Positions 1 to 12,357 of a stretch of 64,000 nucleotides of DNA are shown here, one piece after another. Made by a program: the position numbers and the translations under genes. Numbering within the stretch: the first letter of the stretch is position 1; each line of letters starts with the position of its first letter. The DNA comes from Mytilus edulis. Lineage: Eukaryota. The stretch is from the NCBI RefSeq assembly GCF_963676685.1, contig NC_092346.1:5766001-5830000 (forward strand). Reading direction: 5' to 3'. The notes below the pieces were generated by a model. The model made no database searches and was not told the origin of the DNA. It saw only the letters and a list, made by a program, of their open reading frames with translations.

Positions 1-908
1 ATATAAGTAGGAAATATTCCTTTGAACAAGTTTTTTTAACTTCCTCTGTGAAATTTTTGAACTTTATTTCTTGCAATTACAAATGTTTTTCAAATCTTAA
101 TATGCATTAATATCTATATCTTCTTCGTTCCAAAGTCTTGTTCCAACAGATTTGTATATTGTTTTCTAAAAACATTTTGTAGTTCTGAATTAGGTCTTAG
201 TATTTATTAAATCAAATTCAAGAATTTAAATAACCTCAAATGGGATAAATTTGACAACTAATGCCGGACTGCTGGTGTAACAATTCAAAATACTAGTATG
301 TTTATAAGGACATAAAACATGTATCATTATTGCTAATTTGTTACATGTATAAATATATGTAGCAATTCAAAGTAGGATACCATTCAAAAACTATCTATTT
401 TTAGTAACAGTGTCTTTGACCTTTGAATGTTGACCAATAATTAATAAGTTTCCTATTACTTCCATCTATCTAATTTTAATTAAATCAAGAGAGGTAAACT
501 CAAGCTACCATTAAGAAAACCGTTTTACATTTTTTCCTTCTAGTTTTTAGAAACAGACTTTGACCTTTGACCTACTGACCGGAAAACATTAGACTTCTCT
601 CCTTTTCTTATCTCTTCTATCATAAATTTCATAACAATTAAGAAAGGGATGTTTTTGTACACACAGACAGACAAGCCAGACAGATTGTAAAAGATAAACC
701 AAAAAGGTTGAGAAAGACTGTCAGTATTTGTTACAGTGATTGACAGTCAAAATTAAATATTTGCAATAAACTCTTTGTAGAAGTTTCTTTTGGTTATTTG
801 TGTTGTTAGGTTGTAGTCTACTTATCCTTTTTTATTTTTGATGGTTGTTTTGAGACAGAAATTAAAACAGTGGAAGGAATTATTTTTTTCAGTTGACAAA
901 GGCATTAA

Positions 909-1638
909 GGTTCATCATAACAAACGGACAAATATGGCTGTATTTTCATGCCAAAAATTACTCTGAGTACAGACTTACCTGTGAAGTTGGACAAGTTTTA
1001 ATGCCTGGCATCCACTAGATATAATAAAGTTAAATGCATTTTGTGTTTCAGTAAGATAAAATCTCTTTTGGATTTTGATGGGCATTTTTTTTCCTTCATG
1101 CAAAAAGTGTGAAAATAAACTAATTTGTGATACAACTATGAGATGCTCCCTCAGGTAAAAAAAACTGGTTTGTACTGTTTTGATTGTCCTTAATTGACAA
1201 AGGGTGTGTTTGGATATACGCCTGAGGCATCCTATGGTTACCCATAGGTACCTATGGTTTGATATTTTGTGTATAAAATATCAAACCATAGGTACCTATG
1301 GGTAACTATAGGCCGCCTCAGGCGTATATCCAAACACCCCCATAGACAAGAGTTATCTTCACAACTACAGGTGAGTTAAAGAGTTTATCTGAGTCAGTGA
1401 GTGGACAGTATCAAAGTAATTCAGGTGTTTGTTTATTTTTACAGCTTCTGGAGAAAGGAACAAAAATGCCCATCAAAAACCAAGAAAGATTTTATCTTAA
1501 TCACAAAATGCATATAACTTTTATATATCTAGTGGATGCTAGGCATTAAAACATTCCAAACAGCACAGGTAAGTCTGTACACAGATTAGTTTTTGAGGTG
1601 AAAATACGGCCATATTTGTCCATTTGTTATGATGAACC
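909..1638. mobile_element. Non-autonomous TIR element (MITE) with TTAA TSD, Kolobok-like
   Basis: TTAA|GGTTCATCATAACAAA...TTTGTTATGATGAACC|TTAA with imperfect inverted arms over 130 bp. Purine-purine termini after TTAA fit Kolobok rather than piggyBac. Confidence 0.75.
1202..1341. mobile_element. Near-perfect 140-bp palindromic MITE nested in the 909-1638 element
   Basis: GGGTGTGTTTGGATATACGCCTGAGGC...GCCTCAGGCGTATATCCAAACACCCCC; arms pair to a centre near 1271. Confidence 0.7.
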
Positions 1639-1979
1639 TTAAACCAATAGAAGTCTGAAAGTTTAAGCAGGATCACCTGGTGATCATTTTTATGACACCA
1701 TGACAATAAAATTATGTAACAGGTGTTAAGTGTGGTGTTTATTTTTGCAGACTAGTATACATTATTGTTTAAAGGCAACTGAAGCACACCAGGAATTTTC
1801 GGTGTGTTGAAGACCCATTGGGCCTGTGGGCTGATTTCTGCTTGTTGGTTTGGTTGTTTAATAATCTCTGTGACACTTTCCCCACTTCTATTATCAATTA
1901 TAATCTATTAGTGGATAACCAATATATACACACTGATGTTCTCTGATATCAGTAGAATTGATTTATTTCTTTTGTTTAA

Positions 1980-2215
1980 GACCAAATAAAAATATATGTG
2001 TGGTTCCAGTGACCCTACCTTCCCTACTTTTTGTTTTGAAATTAGCCTACCCTAAAGATTTTATTGTCATTTTTCATTAAGCACTGTTAAAGTCAGAATG
2101 ATGCTCCCATAGACTCAATGTAAAAAGAAAACATAAAATAAAAAAAAAATCCCTACGTACCTACCTTACTTTTTTTCAGATGTAACTGGAACCACACATT
2201 TTTTTTTATTTGGCC
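1980..2215. mobile_element. MITE, TTAA-like flanks (Kolobok-like)
   Basis: TIR CCAAATAAAAA..ATGTGTGGTTCCAGT / ACTGGAACCACACAT..TTTTTATTTGG; internal CCTAC repeats. Confidence 0.6.
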
Positions 2216-2482
2216 TAAGTTTATTTGCTTTCTTGCTTTATTATCACACTTACCTGAAATCTTTTATATGCTTATTTTGAACTTGGTCAAGGTTATATAT
2301 TAGTCAATGTTGCCTTTTGATGAAAGTACCATATTTAAATACACCAAAATTAAAACATTCATTATACAACCAGAAATTACAATTCACTACTCTTTGAAAG
2401 GATCTTGATTTTTCAATTTTGAAATTAAAGCAAGCAAAAGTACTGGTATGTATAATAAGAACACATCAAAGTTAACACTTAC

Positions 2483-2579
2483 TTGACAGTTTTTGTGTCA
2501 GGTAAATATTTTGATACCATGACAGTACATGCACCACATCCTCCTTCTCCGCAACCAAGCTTTGTCCCTGTCAAACATA
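2483..2579 (-). CDS. XDH: XDH coding exon 3 (2Fe-2S ligands, [20 protein letters not shown])
   Basis: 97 nt; acceptor TAATAG just downstream of a TCCTTAAC branch site; donor AA|GTAAGT. Confidence 0.93.
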
Positions 2580-5500
2580 CTATTATACTGTTAAGGACAT
2601 AATAATTTTAACAGCTAGTAATTATCTAGGTTTACATTTTATATTAAATTTAGGCATATTCTCCCTATGTTTATCTGATGATGTCTAACTATATTTTTAA
2701 TATTTACTGTTCACATGTGACATGGATATGAGATGCACTAAAGTAATATTTATCCAACTACATTTACTGACCCAATTGGAGGCTTCAAGATTTGAACTAA
2801 GTTTCAACATCAAACCAGATGCTCCGCAGGGCGCAGCTTTATACGACCGCATAGGTTGAACCCTGAACGGTTGGGGCAAGTATGGACACAATATTCAAGC
2901 TGGATTCAGCTCTAAATTTGGATTGTGATTAAATAGTTGACACAGCATAGGTTTTGGACACAGAATGAATGTGGTTTAATGAACTTAAAATAATTTTTTT
3001 GTCTTTGAGCAATCACTATGCTGTTGAATATTAATCTCAAAAAAATGTTTGAAGAAATTTCCTTTTTATTTATGAAATCTGAAATAAGAAAAATTAAACC
3101 CCCCACCCACCATTTTTTTTTTCACATCCCCCTTTCCCTTTTTCCAAAACTGATCTCAATTCAAATTTCTAATGGAGTTTGCAACAATAACTACTCATTT
3201 AAAAACATCATAAAATATTAAAATGTAACAAAAAGTGCTTGTTATCACTGAATGGTAAAGAGTGTTTTAATTTATCAGTTGGTAGTAAAAGTGAATATAC
3301 ATTGTGCATTGTATAAAACAATGATTTAAGTTGATTCAACTACTATTCTGGACAAAGAAAGATAACTCCAATCAATTGAAAATTTCTTGCTATTGCACAA
3401 TATTGTGCAATTAGATATTTCTTGCTATTGCGCAATACTGTGCAATTGAAAATATTTGCTATTGCACAATACTGTGCAATTGAAGATTTCTTGCTATTGC
3501 ACAATACTGTGCAATTGAACATTTTTTGCTATTGCACAATACTGTGCAATTGAAGATTTCTTGCTATTGCTGAATACTGTGCAATTGAAAATTTCTTGCT
3601 ATTGCACAATACTTAATATAATAATTTTAGATCCTGATTTGAACCAACTTGAAAACTGGGCCCATAATCAAAATCTAAGTACATGATTAAATTCAGCATA
3701 TCAAAAAAGCCAAAGAATTCAATTTTTATTAAAATCAAACTTAGTTTAATTTTGGACCATCTGGTATTTAATGTAGACCAATTTGAAAACGGGACTAAAA
3801 ATTAAGAATCTACATACACAGTTAGATTTGGCATATCAAAGAACCCCAATTATTCAATTTTAGATGAAATCAAACAAAGTTTAATTTTGGACCCCGATTT
3901 GGACCAACTTGAAAACTGGGCCAATAATCAAAAATCTAAGTACATTTTTAGATTCAGCATATCAAAGAACCCCAAGGTTTCAATTTTTGTTAAAATCAAA
4001 CTAAGTTTAATTTTGGACCCTTTGGACCTTAATGTAGACTAATTGGAAAACGGGACCAAAAATTAAGAATCTACATACACAGTTAGATCCAACATATCAA
4101 AAAACCCCAATTATTCAATTTATGATGAAATCAAACAAAGTTCAATTTTGGACCCTTTGGGTCCCTTATTCCTAAAAACCTGTTGGGACCAAAACTCCCA
4201 AAATCAAACCCAACCTTCCTTTTATGGTCATAAACCTTGTGTTTAAATTTCAAAGATTTCTATTTACTTATACTAAAGTTATGGTGCGAAAACCAAGAAT
4301 AATGCTTACTTGGGCCCCTTTTTGGCCCCTAATTCCTAAACTGTTCAAACCCTCAACTCCCAAAATCAATCCCAACCTTTCTTTTGTGGTTATAAACCTT
4401 GTGTTAAAATTTCATAGATTTCTATTCACTTTTACTAAAGTTAGAGTGCGAAAACTAAAAGTATTCGGACGACGACACAGGACGATGACGCCAAGGTGAT
4501 AGCAATATACGACGAAAAATTTAAATTTTTGTGGTCGTATAAAAACCATGACTAACAAGTGGGAGACAAATAATCTCCATAGTAATCATGGTAACGAAAT
4601 GTTTAAATGCTACTTCCACTGCATATAAATAGCAAGAACATAGTGGTTCTTCTTAAACTGACACAGTTGAAGGCTGTACTTTAGCTACAAAATGTATAAT
4701 GGTTTACTTTTACAAATTGTGACTTGGATGGTGAGTTATCTCATAAGCAATCATACCACATCTTCAGTCACTGTGACTGCCATCAATGCAAGACACAGCT
4801 TGCCTAAGTATTCCCTTCACAATAACTGAAAACAACACGTTTAATAATTTCTTGACTGTGGATTCATTTACTTTGGTGGGTACCAATTTTTGGGGATAAA
4901 GGAAAACTTGCATGTTCATGGATATTAAAATTCATGATTTTGCCAAGGTCCTCATACCAGCCTTTAGAAAATTTGTCATTCGTTGAACGTTTAATTTTGT
5001 GTTTCACCAATACCCATGAAATCCGTGAAAATTGATATCCGACCAATAATAATGTATCCACAGTAGACCAACCAATAATAATGTATCCACAGTAGACCAA
5101 ACAATAAAAATGTATCCACAGTAGACCAACCAATAATAATGTATCCACAGTAGACACCAAACAATAATAATGTATCCACAGTAGACCAAACAATAATAAT
5201 GTATTCACAGTAGACCAACCAAAAACAATAATAATGTATCCACAGTAGACCAAACAATAATAATGTATCCACAGTAGACCAACCAAAAACAATAATAATG
5301 TATCCACAGTAGACCAAACAATAATAATGTATCCATAGTAGACCAAACAATAATAATGTATCCACAGTAGACCAAACCATTATAATGTATCCACAGTAGA
5401 CCAACCAATAATAATGTATCCACAGTAGACCAAACAATAATAATGTATCCACAGTAGACCAACCAATAATAATGTATCCACAGTAGACCAACCAATAATA

Positions 5501-8500
5501 ATGTATCCACAGTAGATCAACCAATAATAATGTATCCACACTGACAGTAGACCAACCAATAATAATGCATCCACAGTAGACCAACCAATAATAATGCATC
5601 CACAGTAGACCAACCAATAATAATGTATCCACAGTAGATCAACCAATAATGTATCCACAGTAGATCAACCAATAATAATGTATCCAGAGTAGACCAACCA
5701 ATAATAATATATCCACAGTAGACCAACCAATAATAATGTATCCACAGTAGACCAACTAATAATAATGTATCCACAGTAGACCAAACAATAATAATGTATC
5801 CACAGTAGACCAACCAATAATAATGTATCCACAGTAGACCACACAATAATAATGAATCCATAGTTGATCAACCAATAATAATGTATCCACAGTAGACCAA
5901 ACAATAATAATGTATCCACAGTAGACCAACCAATAATAATGTATCCACAGTAGACCAACCAATAATAATGTATCCACAGTAGACCAACCAATAATAATGT
6001 ATCCACACTGACAGTAGACCAACCAATAATAATGCATCCACAGTAGACCAACCAATAATAATGTATCCACAGTAGATCAACCAATAATGTATCCACAGTA
6101 GATCAACCAATAATAATGTATCCAGAGTAGACCAACCAATAATAATATATCCACAGTAGACCAACCAATAATAATGTATCCACAGTAGACCAACTAATAA
6201 TAATGTATCCACAGTAGACCAAACAATAATAATGTATCCACAGTAGACCAACCAATAATAATGTATCCACAGTAGACCACACAATAATAATGAATCCATA
6301 GTTGATCAACCAATAATAATGTATCCACAGTAGACCAAACAATAATAATGTATCCACAGTAGACCAACCAATAATAATGTATCCACAGTAGACCAAACAA
6401 TAATAATGTATCCACAGAAGACCAAACAATATAAATTGAGATATTTACATATAAAAATGTACATACATTAAATAAATGGGGAATGTGTACATATCATGTT
6501 ATATGGACTGAGAACACAGTTATTTCGTAGTGCATTTCTTTTAGACAATAACTTCAATTAAACAGGAATGTGTCCATATTACACAGATGCCCAATTCGCA
6601 CTATCATTTTCTATGTTCAGTGGACCGTTTAAATGGGGTAAAATCTCTAATTTGGCATTAAAATTAGAAAGATCATATCATAGGGAACATATTAACTAAG
6701 TTTCAAGTTGATTGCACTTCAGCTTCATCAAAAACTACCTTGACCAAAAACTTTAACCTTAAGCAGGACAGATGGAGGAACGAGGAAGGAACGCACAGAC
6801 CAGAACACATAATGTCCATAAATGGGGCATAACAAATCACACCTGCTCTAGTTATGGCTGAGTTCATAAAAATAGGTGAAAATATTCTAATCAATGATAA
6901 ACATTATTGATATCAATAATCTTACAAAAGTCATAAACAACTTGTACTTTCCTAATAGATATATAGGTTATCAGGTTGTCATATATTGATATTATAAAAT
7001 CAACTTGAGATACAATTGATGTGAACCTTTCTTGGCAAGTGAGGCATTGGCAGCAAACAAGCACAAATGTTTCCTGATGGCCTCAGTATTACTTGCATAA
7101 CTTTATTGAGGCAAGACACTAAAAATTGAGAAACATACATGTAAACATGTGTATACATAATTCACACTTTAATTTCACAAGCAATGAACCATTCACACTT
7201 ATTCTTTCAATGTATGTTTACTTGTTTTTGTTTTAATGTCTTTTTAATCAAGCTAATACAGACTAGAACATTGGTTTTCCTGTTTGAATTACTTTATACT
7301 TAATTCTTTTTTAGGCCCTTTATAGCTTGCTATTCAGAGTGAGCCAAGGCTCTGTATAGAAGCAGTACTTTGATCTATATCTGTTACTTATACATTGTGA
7401 CTTTGATGGAGAGCTGTCTCATTGGCACTCATACCACATCTTCTTATTTATATGAAAGTATTTTTTACATATTCATCATGTTTATTACTATCAATGAGAT
7501 AAACACAAATGACAAATATATACATGATCATTTATGTCATAAAAATAGATTAAAATATTCTAATCTAATTTTATGATAAAAGGTGATATCAATAATCTTA
7601 CAAAAGCCATGCACCATTTGTACATCACTAATACATATAGGTTATCAGATGTTCTAGGTATTGTTATTGTAGAATATCAGCCTCCAGCCACAATGTGAAC
7701 TTTTTTAAGGCAAACAACAGCTTCCTATTGTGTTGTTTTGAATGATTTCTATGAGTAGAAAATCTGATAATAAGTTTATCATTTATTGATCTGACATCCC
7801 TAAAAACTTGTATAGCCAAACAAATGCCCCACTTTGGCGAGGTATTTACTGTTGGTCTGGAAAAAACCTTAGGGACCATATTTCTTTTCCAAAGTCACCC
7901 TTGCCATGACAGGGGTGGAAGATATGATATCAGTTTCATATGAGTTTTGTTATAAATTCATGCAATCTTAACCCCAAAAACTACAGAGCTTTAGTGTTTA
8001 TATGTTTGAAAGGATACATTTCTTTCTGAGGTAGAACAGTAAAGTATAACCTGGATCAGGATCAGGATCTTCTACCTGTAATAAAAATGTAAATCTGTAA
8101 CATGGTATTAATACAATTTTAAAAAAATAAATAGATATTTCTTTGGTTTAATCATTTGAGAAGAAGTGGGGTATAACTCAATGAGACAGCAATCCTTCAT
8201 TTTAACATAGAAAGATATAATAGAAAAGCAATGTATGTATGTACTTTGAGATTCCACCAGTTGAGACGCACCCCTTGATTGACTGCAAGGGTACAGTGGA
8301 TCCATGTACACTCCCTAAGGATTAATGGAGATGTGTCCTTTACAATATTATCCCACCACCAGAACAATCCTCACCCAACACCGCCCAAGGGAGCGAGTAG
8401 GACACCGGGAAGTCTGTTATTATGGTGGAGGAAGCCAAAGTACTCGGAGAGAACTGCCGGGCTTCTCTGCGGGAACAGACAACACGAAGAGATTTCAGAA

Positions 8501-11500
8501 GATTGATCTCCAGGTCAAGCTGGGAATAACTTCGACCTACCAAGGCCCCGAAAGTATCCAATCTAGTTTTAACTCCAGTCTGGATACCAGAGATGTGTGT
8601 GGGAGGGTGAAAATCACCCTACTGATGTACTGAAAAATTCAACGTCTCGAGTGAGATCGAACTCGGGACCTTCAGTACTGTATCCATCAGTCTTAACCAC
8701 TAGACCTTCAACCCACACTGGGTTATGCCCATCAAAGATTCCAATCTCCAATTCAATAAGTACAAAAAATGACATAAAAAAAGATTATTCCAAAATCTAA
8801 GAAATCCTTTTTTTTTTTTTTTAATTAATTCACAACTTGCATTAATCATTGTTAATTGTATTAATTGTTCTTTGATTTTTTTGTTTTATTTTAGCTGTCG
8901 TAAGTGTATATATATATGAGTCAAGAATAGAACTGGTAGTCATTCTTACCTGAAAAAAACTTATCCGGTCAACATACTTGTAATTACATTTACTGTTTAA
9001 ACAAGCGTAATTAATTAACTTGTCACAAAGCACCTGCTATCAAGGTTTATATAGATAGCAGACAGCTGAAATTTACTTATTTCCTTGTGAATGTATAATT
9101 CAATTGTCCCTGTAGATCTTTCTGAAGTTAATTTTATGTTTTAAATGGTTTGATATTGAACTATTAAAGCAAAATTTCTATTAAAATTGATGAAAAAAAG
9201 TGCACTGAATCCTTTCTACATGAATATATCATAAACAACTTCTGTACAAATTTTATAAATTCCAAGATGGTTCAACAAAGTTATTAGTGTCAGACACCTT
9301 CTAAAGAAATTTTTTATGTCAGAAGTTTAAAGTTGACCAACCGCATTTCACATGTGAAAACATGAGCAAATCTGGAAAAACCTGATAATTAAAAAACAAT
9401 GATGTGGAGTTATTTCCCTTTGCAATGAAATTCATTTATAACAAAAAATTTAACATATAAACTGCTTAATGTTATCAGAAACTAAATTAAACGGTTTTTA
9501 ATGTTTAATAAAATATTTTAATAAACTACATATTTGGTTGTGAAGAATTATTTTCTGAGTCTAAAATTTTATTGTGTTGGATTACATTTACATCCCATGA
9601 AGTGCCATGAGGAAGAATATATATATATGTTATATTCCCCATAATAATTTAAACTTACACTTAAAGTTATGCTGGATTGTAATGCTAGTCTTAGATGTAC
9701 TTGACAAAAATCAAGATGGTTATCAAATAACACAAGAAATTGATATGTATATCATATAAATCATTAGAGAAGAGGAAATTGTCTTGTATTCAAGGCTTAT
9801 AAATATCAAATCATTTATATGTAGATCTTTACTAAAAGAAGGAAGTTATGCCGCAATTTAGAAAATAGATAAAGGGACTTATTATATTCGTTAATCAACA
9901 AAATCTTTAAACAATGATTTACCACAAATAAGTTCCCTTTTCAATGGACTATAGTCATCATATTTTAGATAGAACACTGTAACACCTAAAGCTTTTAATT
10001 AAAGCTGAGCTGCTTTTTCATAATTCAGTGTTTCAATTTTGCAAAATCTAAGATAAACTGTTGACACTTTGATATACCTCACCTACATGTATGTCCTTAA
10101 ATTTATTTTTGTGATTTTAGGAAAAATTGCATTTATAGTCTTATTGGACCACAGATGAATTATCACGTTGTGATTGGTTAAACGCCGTCACGTGGTGACC
10201 CCCTATGAGACCGTATGGGGTTAGTAAGTTTCATATGGGGTTCATGACGCGTTAATGGCGACGTCATCTATTAATGTTGTTGTGTTTCATTGTTTATTTT
10301 TCAACAAAACGCCGCAGAAAAAGTCTAGCGTCCGATAAATTCGTTATACGGTTAACTACTGACCCCCTACGGATCCATAGAGGGTGAATAAAATGCATAG
10401 GGGACTAGGCCTCCGGCCTCACCCCCTATGGATTTTACTAACCCTCTATGGCTCCCTATGGGGTCAGTAGCGAACCATATAACTTATAATATGTACATGA
10501 TGTATTAGATATTAGATTTCAAATTCTTATCATTGCAATAATAATAACTTTAATAACACCCCTCTTTCCTAGGACTTTGGATCCAACCTGGATTGTAATG
10601 CTATCAGTACTAGTATATAAAAATAAGAAGATGATATATTCTGTACCTCATTTTGACTGCTTATTTTGTTTAGCGTTTTTGGTGTATCCTACAAGAAAGG
10701 TGATATTCTGACCCCTTATATTTCCCAGGCCCCCCCCTCAGAATCAAATGGTTGTCCCATAAGCATATTAAGAAATAAAACCAACTTTTAAATATTTTTA
10801 AGAAAATGAGAAATTCTCGACTTCGGAATAAGAGATAAAGACAGCAAAAAATAAAACTTATTAAATGAAACTATGGTAATAAAAATTAAACATGATATGC
10901 CATGCACCTTACAATAACTCAGCTCCAATGTCATTTCAAATAATATCAATACTGACCAACAATAGGTATGCAACTACATGTACTAACAGACATACATGTG
11001 AACCTCCCGACAGGAGTACAATAATCCCGTTTTCAGGGGTCTCTTCCTGTCCTCCCCTTTAGGAGAAAAAAATCCTGTGTATGAAATCTTTTATGAATGA
11101 AAATTTTCAGCCGCCATTTTTTATAATTTGTTAGGTAGTACTACGGGTGTAAGTGACAACTGTGTTAGATTTTACCTGTAAATCAAAGAGGATGTATAAT
11201 TATATGGCTTCACCCAGCTTGGGTGTCAAACATACTGGTAATCAACAATGTTTACCTCTAGAAAACTGTGAATGTGTAATAAAAACTGTGTATTGGAAGA
11301 TAATTGAAATCGATTTTGGTTACTTCCCTTTGATTTATCCTGTTTTAAGTTATTTTTCTATAAATAAGGTAAATTGTAAGAGGATACAAAGGATATATAT
11401 ATATTTTAATCAAATAGTCATAAAAAGATGGTAATTAAATGATTTTAAATGTCTTGGGACAAATAAGTAACATAAATTTAAAAAAAAAAATTGAGGAATA

Positions 11501-12357
11501 TAGACTTCTTTGCAAGGCTTGTATTGAAATTAATATAAAAAAAATCTGACATTTATGATTAATTTGTATATCATTTGATCACTTAATTAAGGTTTTAACT
11601 TGCCTAAAAACTTCAAGGTCATAGTGTATTATTAATAGGCAGACAATAACAAATATTTGAAAAAACTAAGAAACTGAAAACAGACTCTTCTTAAATTTTC
11701 CCGAATTTAAATAAAGTAAATCCCGACGTCCCGAAATCCGAAAAAAAGAATTCCTGGATCCCGAAAGGGCCAATCCCGAAATCCCGAGCTTAAAAACACC
11801 CGATCCCGGAGTCCCGATAAAGGTCCTATCCCCCCTCATGTATCATTCAAATAGAAAGGCTAAAATATGATACTATAAAATGATAAAGATATATTGTATT
11901 CTGATGGAAAGTTGAAGAAAAAACACTTTTATAGACAATTTCTACATCAAACAGTTACATTTACGACAAAATATATGTTGATAAAAAACCTCCTGACCAA
12001 AATTTCCCAATCTCCTGATCTGATTTTCAAAGTCCATCACATCGACACATGCATGTATGAACAGGAGTTAGAGAAATAGAAAACCTTATTTGTGAGAAAA
12101 TTGAAATTATGTCAGTACATGGTTTAAACTCCTTTAAATATTTATTGAGAAAAATAAAAGGCTGTTAGGCATGCAGGTATTGTTCCCATTTTAGGACACT
12201 GCAAATGACAGCCCAAGGTGTACTTTTTACACAGACTTCTAATTTTTTAGTCACTAACTTATTCAGCAACAATGTCATTACTATGTGTGAAGTTATTTAA
12301 AATGTTTCTTACCTTTTTTCCATTTACATAAAATACCAGTGGTCCCTTCTTATACAT
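2483..12357 (-). CDS. XDH: Xanthine dehydrogenase/aldehyde oxidase family molybdo-flavoenzyme, 5' part (coding exons 1-3; the gene continues beyond the left window edge)
   Basis: Exons 12357-12313, 8075-8018 and 2579-2483 splice in frame to [15 protein letters not shown]|[19 protein letters not shown](L)|[31 protein letters not shown](K). This is the XDH/AOX N-terminal 2Fe-2S domain (CGEGGCGAC). No exon 4 was found in 1-2482. XDH versus AOX cannot be settled from about 66 aa. Confidence 0.9.
2812..4545 (-). mobile_element. Helentron-associated interspersed element (HINE/DINE-1-like) with internal tandem arrays
   Basis: On the minus strand: 5' subTIR TTTATACGACC with a nearby partial inverted copy, (GTC)n-like microsatellite, internal arrays (about 35-bp units at 3372-3612; longer units at 3630-4460), 3' subTIR GGTCGTATAAA, GC-rich hairpin and a T-run. 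Confidence 0.75.
4855..5066. mobile_element. Short MITE with ACTGTGGATTCATT / AATG(T/A)ATCCACAGT ends
   Basis: Inverted termini. Related right ends ending in ATCCACAGTA-like motifs occur near 38735 and 27281. Confidence 0.6.
5041..6430. repeat. 29-bp minisatellite (GACCAACCAATAATAATGTATCCACAGTA), about 47 units, with a higher-order duplication
   Basis: Direct reading. Variant units recur at a 438-bp offset (5636/6074, 5854/6292). Source of all the ORFs at 4864-6429. Confidence 0.97.
6560..6833 (-). mobile_element. Short HINE-like non-autonomous element
   Basis: ATGCCC...GGGCAT subterminal inverted motifs, terminal hairpins, degenerate GGAC/GGAA microsatellite and A-run flanks. Confidence 0.45.
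8018..8075 (-). CDS. XDH: XDH coding exon 2 ([19 protein letters not shown])
   Basis: 58 nt; acceptor TTTATTACAG; followed by U12-type donor GTATCCTTT; DP..TLL.YLRK motif. Confidence 0.9.
8250..8714 (-). mobile_element. tRNA-derived SINE with V-domain-like core
   Basis: Minus-strand head GGTCTAGTGGTTAA (A box) ... GAGTTCGATCT (B box). Body contains TTCTCTCCGAGTACTTTGGCTTCCTCCACC, resembling the V-SINE core. 3' boundary approximate. Confidence 0.65.
10134..10488 (+). mobile_element. Non-autonomous element with GATTGG/CACGTG head and a long terminal hairpin (Crypton-like)
   Basis: Imperfect palindrome at about 10345-10483 centred on AGGCCTCCGGCCT; same layout as 27510-27816. Superfamily is inferred. 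Confidence 0.5.
12313..12357 (-). CDS. XDH: XDH coding exon 1 ([15 protein letters not shown])
   Basis: 45 nt from ATG; LVFxVNGxK start motif; donor AAG|GTAAGA, phase 0. Confidence 0.88.

Larger units (their letters stand above)
2580..8017 (-). other. U12-type (minor spliceosome) GT-AG intron, XDH intron 2
   Basis: Minus-strand 5' splice site GTATCCTTT at 8017-8009. Branch site TGTCCTTAAC about 10 nt upstream of the AG at 2581-2580. No polypyrimidine tract. Confidence 0.9.

Noticed and set aside
909-1638. piggyBac assignment for the TTAA-flanked MITEs
   Set aside because: Termini begin GG/AG/GA rather than the CC typical of piggyBac; Kolobok fits better.
4864-6429. Many overlapping hydrophobic ORFs ([12 protein letters not shown] repeats)
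   Set aside because: These are translations of the 29-bp minisatellite in all three minus frames, inside an XDH intron.
5041-6430. CRISPR-like appearance of regular 29-30-bp repeats (also 43617-43775, 63270-63487)
   Set aside because: Units are contiguous with no unique spacers, there are no cas genes, and the context is eukaryotic.
7020-7100. Minus-strand peptide [12 protein letters not shown] resembling XDH exon 4
   Set aside because: It lies between exons 2 and 3, lacks the conserved Cys and TTVEG, and has no fitting splice sites.
8640-8714. tRNA gene
   Set aside because: A and B boxes are present, but the acceptor stem is poor and it runs into a SINE body.
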